A stretch of DNA of 63,982 nucleotides, counting the filler, from Octopus bimaculoides (lineage: Eukaryota), in NCBI RefSeq assembly GCF_001194135.2. It is 6 parts of 6 records of this genome, joined end to end, with 100 filler letters (N's around TTAATTAATTAA, not from the genome) between each part and the next. Parts side by side here need not be neighbours in the genome. Positions count along the whole stretch, not along the records: positions 20,047 to 40,438 come from NC_068983.1; 5 more parts are not named here. One strand, 5' to 3'. Of this stretch, positions 27,581-40,438 are shown piece by piece; the first letter of the stretch is position 1, and the number at the start of each line of letters is the position of its first letter. The position numbers and the translations under genes were made by a program. The notes under the pieces are model-generated. The model was not told where the DNA came from and searched no databases. It saw only the letters and a list, made by a program, of their open reading frames with translations.

Positions 27581-30500
27581 TCAATTGGACTCTTTAACTC
27601 GCAACTCTCGAGCGACATATTTCCATCTTGATTGAAACATTTTCTCCGACAAACACTTTCTCTCCAGTCGTATTTTTCTTTTCAAATGAAAAAAAAAATA
27701 TCTCACCAGACCTTGACTGGAGATGAAAGTGTCCTTCTTGTTCCCTTCCATTCTAGTCTTCCACACTACCTCTTTCGCTACTGCTACTGTAATGAGGAAA
27801 CATTTCTTACCTTCGTTTGATAACAAACTTGGCGGGTCAATCTTTATAATTGACTCAGCCGACAACTGTACTCTTCCTTCACTTGACATTAGGTGTTCCA
27901 CGTAAACCCACATTTCAGAGACCTCCGGACACCGTACAATAGCGTGCGGGACGGTTTCCCTATCCCACCCGCATCTTGGACAGGTCGGTGATATCTGCAT
28001 TTCATGTCTTGCAAGTTTATCGCGAACGGGCAAGGCTCCTCTGTAGCATTTCCAAGTCAAAGACCTTTGGAAATTATCCAACGACTTCAACCCGAATGTA
28101 CGGAAGAACAGGCTGTCGAGTTCAATAAATCCGAGACCCAGAGTCGTTCCCAGGTCATCGTCACATTCTGCCTCTACTAACCCTCTATAAAAGAATGCTG
28201 TAGAAACCCGCTGCCGGCGTTGTCCGAGCGTCGGAATAGCAGGAGAGCCTTACGACACTCCGTGTACCATAGGCTCAACCTCAGTCTACGAAAGCACCAA
28301 GCTTCCTTTGCACTCATACTGGCGAAGTTGGGGAACATTTGTCTTGCCAACGGAGACCACACCTGATCACCATCCAGGAGTATCCAAAGATGTCTCAACC
28401 TCAACGCATGTCTGCGCATCATCAACCAAGGCATCCCTAAACCTCCCTTTAACTGTTTCTGGCAACAGATAGAGCGTCTCACAAGTGGCTTCGAGCCCCT
28501 CCACAAAAAGTGAAAGAGCTGTCTTTCCAACTTGGTCAACCACGAATCCGGGCAAGGAACGACGGTCAGGCGGTAGGTACTAACCGATGCGATAAACACA
28601 TTGGCTACCTCTGCCCTCCCTTTCAAGGACAGCCTTCGCCAAGACCAACTCTTGTCTATACCGGCTATCTTGCTCAACACCTCTGCCCAGTTCTTCTCCA
28701 CCTGGAGGTCTGGACCAAACCAAACCCCCAGCAACTTAACCGGACCCTCCGTCCAGCGTCCTACGACGCTATCCGAAGGCATCGACTTGCCCCTCCAGGT
28801 GCCGAGTTGCAAGCCGACTGACTTATCTCGATTAATCTTTGCTCCTGCCACCGTCTCGTACTCCTCAATAACTTCGCCTACTTTACGCAGGCGTGTCATT
28901 GTGGTCACGCTGATGGTGGTGTCGTCCGCATATGCTGTAACAAACTCCTCTACGCCCGGCGCTCTCGGGATCTCCCTCAGCTTTCTCAGCAGCGGATCCA
29001 GAGCCACCACGTACAAAAGCGGAGAGAGTGGACACCCCTGACGAACCGAACGTTTGATGAAGAACGGTTTAGAGAGAAAACCGTTCACCCGAACTATCGA
29101 GTCAATGTTGTGGTACAATTGAATGATCCACCTGAGGAAACCGACGCGCAAGCCAAACCTCGCAAGAACACTCACCAGGTATCGATGGCCGACCCTATCA
29201 AATGCCTTAGATTGGTCTAATTGCACCAAAGCCCCCACCCTCTGCCAGTCTTAGTCCCAAACCTCTCTATGGGATAGCGGATAAGGTGGAGATTATCCTG
29301 AATGGTCCTACCAGGGATGGCACAGGTCTGTGCCTCCCCAATCAAACCATCCGCGACACGCGCCAACCTTTTCGCTAATACCTTGGCCAAAATCTTCACT
29401 TCTGTATTTAGCAGAGTGATGGGCCTAAAGTTTTCTAAACAATCCCCCTTGTTCGGGTCCTTCCTGACTAGTGTCACCACTCCCCGACGCACAGATCTGG
29501 GGATCCACCCATTCTGTTGCCAGTTCGTGTACACACAAGCCAACAGGTGTCCGAACAAGTCTGGCATACTTTTATATAATTCATAGGGTAGGCCATCAAG
29601 TTCCGGCGATTTTCCCCTACCACAGTTCGCCAACGCCTCGATTATCTCCTCAGTCGTGATCGGCCCCTCACAAGCCTCTGCATTCGGCCCCGAGAGGCGT
29701 GGCAGCCCGGCAAGGAAGCTCTCAAGGTCTTCCCCACCACGCGGCTCACCATCACCCCCGAAAAGCCTGGCGAAGTGCTCCTGAAAGGCCTCACACATCT
29801 CCTCGGGTTCGTTTACCNNNNNNNNNNNNNNNNNNNNNNNNNNNNNNNNNNNNNNNNNNNNNNNNNNNNNNNNNNNNNNNNNNNNNNNNNNNNNNNNNNN
29901 NNNNNNNNNNNNNNNNNNNNNNNNNNNNNNNNNNNNNNNNNNNNNNNNNNNNNNNNNNNNNNNNNNNNNNNNNNNNNNNNNNNNNNNNNNNNNNNNNNNN
30001 NNNNNNNNNNNNNNNNNNNNNNNNNNNNNNNNNNNNNNNNNNNNNNNNNNNNNNNNNNNNNNNNNNNNNNNNNNNNNNNNNNNNNNNNNNNNNNNNNNNN
30101 NNNNNNNNNNNNNNNNNNNNNNNNNNNNNNNNNNNNNNNNNNNNNNNNNNNNNNNNNNNTTATTAATGATGGTACCTGTTAACGCCCTTTGAATTATTAG
30201 CTTGATCCGCTTTCTGTACTCCTCATTCTCCAAGAGGGACTTGTTGAGTTTCCAGTAGCCAGATCCCTGTCTATACATCTTATCTACAGTCAGCTCGTTT
30301 GTGACCATCTTGTGGTTACTATAGCTGACTGGGTAAAATTGTGGACACCTAACTATATCTTTATCTACTTTTCTTATCAATATCCTATCTAGATAAGACC
30401 TGGAAGACCCATCGCTACTTGACCACGTCCACAGTGGAGCTTTTGGGTGTTCCAGTCTATATGGGTCTACCAGCTGAAAGTGGCTGAGCAGATCCTGAAA

Positions 30501-30950
30501 GCCAGGATTCGCTGTTCTATCTGTCTGCGAGCCAACACAATCAACACGCGCATCGTCAATTGTGTTGAAGTCACCTAACACGACTAAAGAATGTGATGTC
30601 GAAAGGAATTTCTCGAGGTCACGGAAATATTGATTCTGTAAACCACATGTATTGGGTGCATAAATTGCGACCAACCTGACTGTCTTACCACAACTGAATG
30701 TCAAATCCAGGACGACCAGCTTGCCTCCTGGATCAATAAAAATAGACTTTACCTCAGGAACCTGGTCTCTTTTTATTAAGACCAACACCCCACCCCCACC
30801 TCCCGGCCGACATGGAGAGACGTATCTCTCGTAGCCGTTCAAGAGGGGGAGCAGATCTCTTGGCCTGCTTATCCGGGGTTCTGTGGCAGCAATCACATCT
30901 AAATTTCGCGACCTGATGTCATTTAGGAAGCGCCCCTGCTTCCAACTCGA
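27581..30950 (-). pseudogene. ORF2: APE endonuclease + reverse transcriptase + C-terminal CCHC finger; at least 2 frameshifts (~29235, ~28210)
   Basis: Endonuclease motifs GGGVLVL, LVAIYAP, GDFN, SYLDRIL, SNH (canonical SDH). Linker GYWKLN. RT motifs DGLPYE, FRPITLLN, LDQSKAFDRV, QGCPLSPLL, AYADD, GGLGMP. C-terminal CPRCG..ETVPHAIVRC. Confidence 0.95.
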
Positions 30951-31900
30951 CGACAGAATCTCTGGATTCTCCTCCTCTTCTTCTGCTTCCTTCCTTCTTT
31001 TTTTCCGTTTCCTTCCCCTTTTCTCCTGTTTTCTTCCCTTTTTCTTCAGTTTCCTTCTTTTTTTCTTCTGTATCCTCCTGGTTAGTCTTTCCTTCTTCCG
31101 TCTTCTGGTTGCAGTTCGCCCTGAGGTGACCCTTCCACTGACACGACTAGTCGTGTGCCGCCAACTTCAAAGCTTTCAATTATTTCTTCTAGTGTGGCCT
31201 GTTCTGCTTGAATAGTCATTTTTAGGGCCTGGCCGAATCTCAGCTTTGGCTCAATCACAATTGCGTCTAGAATTGTGATCTTGTCTTCCAGGCCCATTGT
31301 CGTTGCGGCGACTAACCACTCTGGGTCAACTTCAGGGGGAATGTTTTGAATTGTTATTTGTGATGTTCTCCTACCCATGTACAATGGTAGGAGAACCACA
31401 TTTTCTGTTTCCAGGGGCTCCACAGAATGGAGTAGGGTAGCTTCCTCTGACTCCATTCTCACCTCTACCGTAGCATAGCGCTTGCCTCTGGTTATGTATG
31501 TAATTTTTTTTAGTAATGTTTTTAGGCACTTTTCGATCTCAGCCTCCGAGACGTATTCTATCTTTTTTCCTTTTTTGCTATAGGTTTTAAATATTATCGT
31601 TTGTTTCTGTGTTCTGTCTATAAAACTTTGGGGAGGGGTTGCAACAATACCATGACCTTCCCTCTTCATCATATGTTTATGCCTCTCGGCATTGCCGACG
31701 TTTGCCGTTCTTTGCCTGTCGCTAGCGACTGCTACAAAATCGATCCTTTTCCCTGATTCTTCATGGTCCTTTGCTATTTTCAGACTTCCTGCTTCGTTAT
31801 TATTCTTTTTCGCCAATGCTGGCCAATCTTTTTCAATCAACTGTTCTTCACATATTTTTTCCATTTCATGTGCAGGACTGACTCTTCCTGCTTCGGCCAT
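30928..31900 (-). pseudogene. ORF1: Gag-like nucleic-acid-binding protein, frameshifted at ~31135
   Basis: First ATG at 31900. Open for ~270 codons, then KGHLRANC (second half of a CCHC knuckle) and a K/E-rich tail continue in another frame. Confidence 0.85.
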
Positions 31901-32168
31901 CGTGCAGGCCACCCTACACGGGGAAACCGTTGCTGGTTTCACCAACTGTGACAAAGAGATTTCTTCCCTTAACAATTAAAGTTTTACAGTACAAAAACAC
32001 AGACAAAATTCAAAAAATATTCCAAAGATCACACTATCCAAAAAACGTCCACTGCAAACACCTTACGTCACAGCTCTTGGTCTTAATCTTTTGTAGTCTT
32101 AATGATACTCACCATCTTCTATACTAAAACGGTACTATTGATGATTGTAAAAAAAACTCAAACAATCT

Positions 32169-32485
32169 AGGCGCAGGAGTGGCTCTGCGGTAGGTAACTT
32201 GCTTACCAACCACATGGCTCCGAGTTCAGTCCCAGTGCGTGGCACTTTGGGCAAGTGTCTTCTACTATAGCCTTGGGCCGATCAAAGACTTGTGAGACGG
32301 AGACTGAAAGAAGCCCATCATATATATGTGTGTGTGCGTGTGTATGTGTTTGTGTTTGTCCCTCCAACATCGCTTGACAATCGATGCTGGTGTGTTTACA
32401 TCCCTGTAATCTAGAGGTTCGGCAGAAAAGAATAAGTATTAGATTTACAAAGAGTAATTCCTGGGGTCGATTTCCTCGACTAAAA
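32169..32485 (+). mobile_element. SINE family A, 3'-truncated
   Basis: ggcgcaggagtggctctgcggtagg head and body match 53893-54230. Confidence 0.9.
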
Positions 32486-32503
32486 ATACTACACCCAACG
32501 AAT

Positions 32504-32894
32504 TTGTTGTTGTTGTTGGCACTCCGTCGCTTACCACGTCGAGGGTTCCATTTGATCCGATCAACGGAACAGCCTGCTCGTGAAATTAATGTGCAAGTGG
32601 CTGAGCACTCCACAGACACGTGTACCCTTAACGTAGTTCTTGGGGATATTCAGCGTGAAACATGTGACAAAGATGACCCTTTGAATTGCAGGCACAACAG
32701 AAACAGGAAGTAAGAGTGAGAGAAAGTTGTGGTGAAAGAGTACAGCAGGGTTCGCCACCATCCCCTGCCGGAGCCTCGTGGAGCTTTAGGTGTTTTCGCT
32801 CAATAAACACTCACAACGCCCGGTCTGGGAATCGAAGCCGCGATCCTATGACCGCGAGTCCGCTGCCCAAACCACTGGGCCATTGCACCTCCAC
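32504..32894 (-). mobile_element. SINE family B, full-length, (CAA)n tail, 9-bp TSD CCAACGAAT
   Basis: TSD at 32495-32503 and 32895-32903. tRNA-like head with A-box and B-box-like motifs. Confidence 0.92.
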
Positions 32895-32994
32895 CCAACG
32901 AATATACACACGACTACTGATCATGTATGAAATTTTAAAGGAGAGTAACACACAGACACATAGACAACAATCTCCTGGTTTGTCACGAACATAC

Positions 32995-33038
32995 CTCTCC
33001 TGGTAAGCTTTTTCAAATCCTCACAGCCGTTGTTTGGT
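32995..33038 (-). CDS. Candidate 44-nt internal exon (..PNNGCEDLKKLTRR..) of an unidentified gene
   Basis: Acceptor ttatctatatttcag, donor AG|gtatgt. Only one of three frames is open. No homology recognised. Confidence 0.35.
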
Positions 33039-34514
33039 CTGAAATATAGATAACAACAACATATAGAAGCTTTAACATCTAAGGCTTTCTTTCCACTAAA
33101 CACGCTCTTTGTACATTTCTGTCTCGTTGAGACAAGTCGCGTGTAATGTTTTCTGTACATCTCTGGTGATGTACTACAGGCGAAATAAAAGTAACTGTAT
33201 TCAGCATAACTACAGCATTTCATAAAGAAACTTATAAGGTGAACGGGTCTTGTTTTAATAATAAATCACTTGTCTGTTCTATTGTCGTAATATATATTAA
33301 AATAACTTTTATAGCTAAAGATTCGCAGCTAATTAACTGACAGTCTCTACTCTATTATCATATCACCAGAAAAAAAAAGAGTAAAACTGTTAGTGCCGTT
33401 GTTGATGGGGTTGTCTGATCGCTGCAAGTTCTAATTGTAAGGAACTACAAGCAAAAGCAATCCAACCGCGTCCCTCCCATCTTATTTCTTAGATGTATTT
33501 AAGACTAATATTCCATATGACCTTAAATTTTGAGTGTATTTTGAAGATTTGGCGGCTATTTCTAGCAGGTCAAGAAACCTTCTCTTTGGCTCAAGTCAAC
33601 TCATTTTCATAGCATTTCTGACGTCGTGGCACCTAAACTTTTTACCAGTCTTTTCTACTCTTTTAGGTCTTAAGCCGAGAGCGCGAACCCCTAGTATGGA
33701 TTCCTAATATAGACCCGTGTTCAACGCTTCGTATTCCCGGTGGAAACCAGTAAAATATCAGGTTGACGTCAGGCAAGTCTCAAACACTTTAACCTTGGTT
33801 GGCAGTCCATAGAAACAGTAAACCTAGTATCATACATTTTAAATAGTGACGCCCACACTTAGACTTTATCAGTTGAACTTTATAATTGGATAGATGGAAG
33901 ATATCTCTGTGGGTTTCGTCGACGGCGAGTCAGTTGTTGTATCTACTAGAATGCTTTCTCATTTCGCGTGTAAATGGCTGATTATTTCACAGACACATAT
34001 ACCGTTAATGTAATTCTCTCACAGAATCAGTGTGATATAGTGCGGGTGACAAGTATATCACACAGTTTAAGTCAATCTGAAGGACTTCTATACAAGTTTC
34101 TCTCTGCTCATTTTCACTCATAAGATACAGAGCGATCCGAAGCTAGAAGAAATGATACTAGCCTAAGATGTCACGCAGTGGCTGCAAAGTGAACTACTTA
34201 ACCATTCGGTTATACAACGCATATAATAGTTTTTAATTTAGTGAAGAGGGAAGGCAGCGAGCCGGCAAAATCGTTAGCATACCGAGCTTTAGGTCCTGAG
34301 TTCAAATTCCACCGAGGCCAGCTTTGGCTTTCATTCTTTTTTTCGGAGTCGATGAAATAAGTACCAGTTGGATACTGAGGTCGATATAATCGACTTCCCC
34401 CTTCCCTCCCAAATTGCTGTCCTTCTGTCAAAATTTGTAATCGATTTCGTCATAAGACCAGTAATTTTGAGAGGAGGGTACCAGCTGAATACACCGGCTC
34501 CAGTATTTGACAGT

Positions 34515-34885
34515 GTGGAGGCGCAATGGCCCAGTGGTTAGGGCAGCGGACTCGCGGTCATAGGATCGCAGTTTCGATTCCCAGACCGGGCGTTGTGAGT
34601 GTTTATTGAGCGAAAACACCTAAAGCTCCACGAGGCTCCGGCAGGGGATGGTGGTGAACCCTGCTGTACTCTTTCACCACAACTTTCTCTCACTCTTTCT
34701 TCCTGTTTCTGCTGTGCCTGTAATTCAAAGGGTCAGCGTTGTCACACTGTGTCACGCTGAATATCCCCGAGAACTACGTTAAGGGTACACTTGCACGTTA
34801 CTTTCACGAGCAGGCTGTTCCGTTGATCTGATCAACTGGAACTCTCGACGTCGTAAGCGACGGAGTGCCAACAACAACAACAAAA
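34515..34885 (+). mobile_element. SINE family B, full-length, 11-bp TSD AGTATTTGACA
   Basis: TSD at 34502-34512 and 34886-34896. Near-identical to 32504-32894 apart from a ~20-bp internal deletion. Confidence 0.92.
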
Positions 34886-35240
34886 AGTATTTGACAATAA
34901 TTTTATCATCTCGACGCCGAGAGAATAAAAGACAACACTGAACTCGATAGAGCATAAGGAACCGGAAAAAATATCACAAGGCATTTTGACTAACATCGTA
35001 AAGATTATTTCAGTACACTGCCCTTAGTGCGTATATTGTAAACGAGGGAAGAAAGCTATATTCGAACTAAATATTTGACGGTTATTGTCTTTTATCGACA
35101 GTGAAAGGATGAAAAGCAAGGACGATCTCAGTGAGATTTGATCTCAGAACTTAAAGAGTTGGAAAAAAATATCGCCAAACATTTCTTCCAGCGATCTCAT
35201 GTTTCAACCTGAATACTTAAATTTACCTAATCAGGCGACT

Positions 35241-35528
35241 GTGGAGACACATGGCCTAGTGGTTAGAGGGGTCGTGGGTTCGAATCCCAGATCAGGCGAT
35301 GTGTGTATTTATGAGCGAAATGCTTAAGCTCCACGTGGCTCAGGCAGAAGGTAATGGCGAACTTCTGCTGACTCTTTCGTTACAGCTTCCTCTCACTTTT
35401 TCTTCCTGGATCTAACAACTCACCTGTAACGGACCGGCGTCCCGTTCAGATGGGGAACCTATACGCCATTGAAACCGAGAAACCGGCCCTTATGATTCAG
35501 GCATGGCTCGAGAAAGAACAAACAACAA
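35241..35528 (+). mobile_element. SINE with family-B head and a third tail type (here B3)
   Basis: Head and the gagcgaaa...aagctccacg block match family B. The 3' part (gaaaccggccc...ggctcgagaaagaac) differs. Confidence 0.7.
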
Positions 35529-38046
35529 TAAGGCGACTAGTTGGCAGAATCTTTAGCATGTCAGATAAAAAGCTTGGCAACATTTTGTTCGTTTCTTCTT
35601 TCTGAGTTTAAATTCCGCCGAGGTCGACTCTACCTCTTATTCTTTCTGAGTCGATAAAATAAGGATCAGTTGCAAATTTGGTGGTGGGTTTGATATAATC
35701 GACTATCCTCCTACCTTCAATACTTTAGTCTAGAGTAGAAAAATATGATTAATAGAACCTCACAGCAGACATATTGAGTTCGCCTCTGGCTCTTCGGCAA
35801 ATAGTCTGCTCTATCGGACTTGTTTAGATAGTAACTATGGATCGTTAACTTAGCGGTGTTTTAAGGTCTGTCTTGACTGAAACCGCCATGTGAAAAAGGC
35901 ATTAATTTATGAAATAGTACAATTAATAGCGAGAAATCGTAGGAAGAAATAGTCAAACTGTCAGCAATTTAGAGTATTCTGCTTTCTTTATCTACAAGCT
36001 GCAGGTACACTGTACAATTGACGAGTGCTTTCGAAGCCTGCGATGCTGTGTTTAGTTATTCTAGAATAAGATAATGAGTTAAAATTTCCTAGCTATTAAC
36101 TTCATTTTTTTGCAGCTTTATGTTTTACAGTATATTTCCATATATCAGTCCAATATCCTCCACCTGATTGTCTTCCGGTAACCTATTTCTCCCTCTTTCT
36201 CTTTCTCTCTCTCTCTCTCTTCACAAAACATATATACATACACATACACACATATGCATATAGATACATATGTATTTATGTACATCCATAGACACGTAAT
36301 TCGTTTTGTAAAGTGATTATATTTAGTATTGTAGATTAATTGTTTCCCATATATGTAACTGTATCTGTGAGTATGTAGTGTGGGCGAACATCTTTTGTCT
36401 CAAATATATTATTTTGGTTCCATGTCTGTGCCAAGGTTTGGTCTTTTAATTCATAATTTTTCGTAGTTCCTTTTACACTTCTAAATATCTAGGTGAAGTG
36501 ATTGTTAGCAGTATTAGTTATCACCATATTTGTTGTTGTTGTTGTTGTTGTTTAACCCATATCAACATTGATCTATGTGACTAACTATAAAAGGTGTTGT
36601 GTTTATTGACTACCCTAACATCATTTTTCAATCAGGCACTACATATTTCTTACATAAAAGAAATATAGAGTGTAATTCGTGGGAGGTTATGCTACTATTC
36701 ATAGCAGGCTGAACGACTACATAGATGATTTTTCGTAATAAGTAGACAGCAAGGATAATGAAAATAATGTTGTTATTTTCCACAATCATTTTATTTAATT
36801 TTTAAGCTGCAATATTTGGGTTAATTTTTGACTCGTATTTTGTTTCCATTGCGAAACTTAAAATGATTTTTCCCGGGCGCTCCTATTCAAGATGACGGTA
36901 TTATCTACTAATATTTTACCTCTGTGTTCTGAAGTGTAACGTATTGCAACAACTTGTAAATGCGTGGCTATCCGCTGAGAAAAGGTAATAGCTGTATGTC
37001 CGATGCAACAGTCTCAGTCATGAAAGTCTCTAATTTCCATACTGCATACAAATTTGCATATCCCATTGGTCAATTGCAGTATCTTATTTTGTTTGTGAAT
37101 CTTCAATTGTGGCACATTGGTAGTATACTATTGTAATATATTCTCCATATATATCTGAGCTTACGATTTCTACGCACATTTCAGTCTCACATCCTCAAGG
37201 TTGTTTGTGATTATATTGAGAATGTCTTGGGTCGCTTCACTTGATACAGTGAATAAAAATTTCTTAAGATGAAAGTATAGAAAATCTATAGCAAACCTAT
37301 CCCCTGTCCATTAAATTGATAATAGTAGAGAGATCAGAGATCCGGAGTAAATAGGAAATCATTTTTATTAGACACCCTTCAGCTACGTATGATGCATTTT
37401 AATATCTATAAAATAAAATAAACAGAACGCTTGGGTAATGTAGTCTTAGATATTCATTAAGATAAGATATCCTAATTAGAATGCCTTTAATCAGCAATGT
37501 CTTGAAAAAAATTCCATGTCTACCGAGGTGGGTACGAATACCATTGTTATTATTTCTTTTGTTATGGATGGTGGATTGGCGGAATAGTTAAGATATCGGA
37601 CAGTATACGTTCTGGTCTTTACGGTCTGACTTCAGAACCTGCCCACGTCAACTTTGCCTGTTATTCTATTTGGGGTTGATAAAATAGAGTACAGTCGAAG
37701 TAGCGGAGATGATTTAATAGATTAACCGTACTTCTCAAAATTCTGACCTTCTGTGCCTAAATAAGAAATTATTATTTCTCTAGCTGATGTTGTTGTTGTT
37801 GCTGTTAACCCAACCTCAGCTTTAATCATTCAGGCCACGGATCAATGACAACGTCTCGTTTCTTTCTAAGGTTACATTATCAACTGTGTCCTTTCTTGGT
37901 TTAAAACGATGACATTAGTTGGGAAGGTGACTTAGTTGCTACATTTAGCAAATCGAATATCGATGAAGAAGTTTCCTCATCAGCTAGTTGATGCCGTTGT
38001 GTGTGCTTTTGCTACTGACATGCGAACGAGATCAGAACGGACTCAC

Positions 38047-38094
38047 GTTTTTGGAATCGGCGTAGGAAGTCCGTCCGACAATAAAATTGGGTTA
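38047..38094 (-). CDS. Candidate 48-nt internal exon (..NPILLSDGLPTPIPK..)
   Basis: Acceptor ..cacataccgcag, donor AC|gtgagt. Phase 2/2, compatible with the 32995-33038 candidate. Confidence 0.35.
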
Positions 38095-38324
38095 CTGCGG
38101 TATGTGACAATTCAAATAAATACCAATCGAAGATTTTTCCCATCTTAATGGAAATATTTCATAATATTTCCATAAACATTGCTGATCTGCCCAGCGGAGT
38201 AACAGACAAACTTATGTGTACATTGTTCATCGTGAATTGTATATCTCCTATCCTCTGGGAATCTCATAATGTTTGTTTCCCATACAAAATTACCAACAGG
38301 CATCTCAGGTCATTGATTTTCATT

Positions 38325-39363
38325 TTCATCGTCATAACCACTACCACCATCACCACCACCATCACCACCACCACCACCACCATCACCACCACCACCACCA
38401 TCACTACCACCATCTCTATTATGAAGGCTACTACCACTAGAACCAACGGTATCACTACTTTCACATCCAGAAGTACTACTACGAATATCACTACTAAAGC
38501 AACTAAAACGATCACCATTTTGATGATGATGATGATGATGATGATAATGATAATGATAATCACCCTCATTACCATCATCATCATCATCATCATCACCATA
38601 GTCATCATCTTTGTCTTCTTTCTTCTTTCTTCTTTTGTCTTCATTTTGATCATTATCAAAACCATCACAATCATAACGAACAAAGGAAATATAGTCGTCA
38701 TCCTCCTCCTCCTCGCCATCATCATCATCATCATCATAACCACAATCATTAACATGAAAGCCACCGTAAACGCGCAACGCATCCACCGTCTCAGCCGTTT
38801 GCAACTTAAGAATATCATTAAAAGTATTGTCTTCGTTATTCTCATTATCTTCACTTTTCACAGTTTGGTGATAGTCTTGATGACCATGATGACGATGGTT
38901 ATAGCCATATTCACCACCACCACCACCACAACCACCACCACCACACCACCACTACTGCCATCATCACCATCATCAACGCACACATTAACATTATTAGCGA
39001 CATTACAGTAGTTTTTATCTTTCATGACAATGATGTTCATGATGATGATGATGACCATGATAGTTATTCTGACGATGAACACCATCACCATAATCACCAT
39101 CAAAGTCATTATCATAATTATCATAATAATCGTTATCACCATCACCATCATCATCATCACCACCACCACCACCATCATCATCATTATCATCATCATCATC
39201 ATCGTCGTTATCATCATCATCATCATCACCACCACCGTCATCATCACCATCATCATCATCATCATCATCATCATCGTCAGCATCATCATCATCATCATCA
39301 TCACCATCATCATCATCACCATCATCACCATCATCATCATCATCATCACCATCATCAACATCG

Positions 39364-39401
<38 letters not shown>

Positions 39402-39711
39402 GTCATCATCATCATCATCATCACCATCATCATCATCACCATCATCACCATCATCATCATCATCACNNNNNNNNNNNNNNNNNNNNNNATCACCATCATC
39501 ATCATCACCACCACCACCACCATCATCATCATTATCATCATCATCATCATCGTCGTTATCATCATCATCATCATCACCACCACCGTCATCATCACCATCA
39601 TCATCATCATCATCATCATCATCGTCAGCATCATCATCATCATCATCATCACCATCATCATCATCACCATCATCACCATCATCATCATCATCATCACCAT
39701 CATCAACATCG

Positions 39712-39749
<38 letters not shown>

Positions 39750-39890
39750 GTCGACATCATCATCATCATCATCATCATAATCATCATCATCATCATCCTC
39801 CTCCTCCTCCTCCTCCTCCTCCTCCTCATCGTCATCATCATTATCATCATCATCATCATCATCATCATTATCATCATCGTCGTCATGCTA
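38325..39890. repeat. ATC/ACC trinucleotide low-complexity array
   Basis: Read directly from sequence. Source of the poly-I and poly-M ORFs. Confidence 0.95.
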
Positions 39891-40135
39891 TCATTATAAC
39901 TGGCTTCCTCTACCGAAATGTATTCATTAATCTCCGTTTCTTTCTTCTCGCTTCTTCTTTCATCTTTTTTTTATCTTCATCTTCGTTCGCTCTCACCTTT
40001 CAACTGTCTCAAAACGATTATCACTGCATAAACTATTAACATCAACGACAACCAAAACTGCAATTATCATCTCCGCCAACAACGAAGGAGTTAAATCTAA
40101 TGTCCTTTCTCCACCACCTTTTCACCTTCATGAAG

Positions 40136-40438
40136 ATCATCATTATCATAATCATTATCATAATCAGTATCATAATCATTATCATAATCAGTATCATGAT
40201 CATTATCATAATCATTATCATAATCATTATCATAATCATTATCATAATCAGTATCATAATCATTATCATAATCATTATCATAATCAGTATCATGATCATT
40301 ATCATAATCATTATCATAATCATTATCATAATCATTATCATAATCATTATCATAATCATTATCATAATCAGTATCATGATCATTATCATAATCATTATCA
40401 TAATCATTATCATAATCATTATCATAATCATTATCATA
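40136..40438 (+). repeat. 12-bp minisatellite (ATCATTATCATA)n with recurring ATCAGT/ATCATG variant units
   Basis: Read directly from sequence. Confidence 0.92.

Larger units (their letters stand above)
27325..32075 (-). mobile_element. Full-length Tx1/L1-clade non-LTR retrotransposon (4751 bp including an N gap)
   Basis: Identical 17-bp TSD CTTGGTCTTAATCTTTT at 27308-27324 and 32076-32092. Contains 5' UTR, ORF1, ORF2 and a 3' UTR ending AATAAAGAGAT. Confidence 0.95.

Noticed and set aside
32110-32131. Strong minus-strand donor (ATG|gtgagt) just outside the LINE 5' TSD
   Set aside because: Both nearby acceptors give a stop in the phase required by the upstream candidate exon, and there is no other support.
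36920-36974. Possible 55-nt minus-strand exon (acceptor ccttttctcag, donor gtaaaa)
   Set aside because: The frame needed to join the neighbouring candidate exons has a stop. Signals alone are insufficient.
39135-39760. ~320-bp direct duplication either side of a short gap; similar case at 47371-47640
   Set aside because: Most simply an unmerged contig overlap or low-complexity tandem duplication. It cannot be told apart from an artefact.
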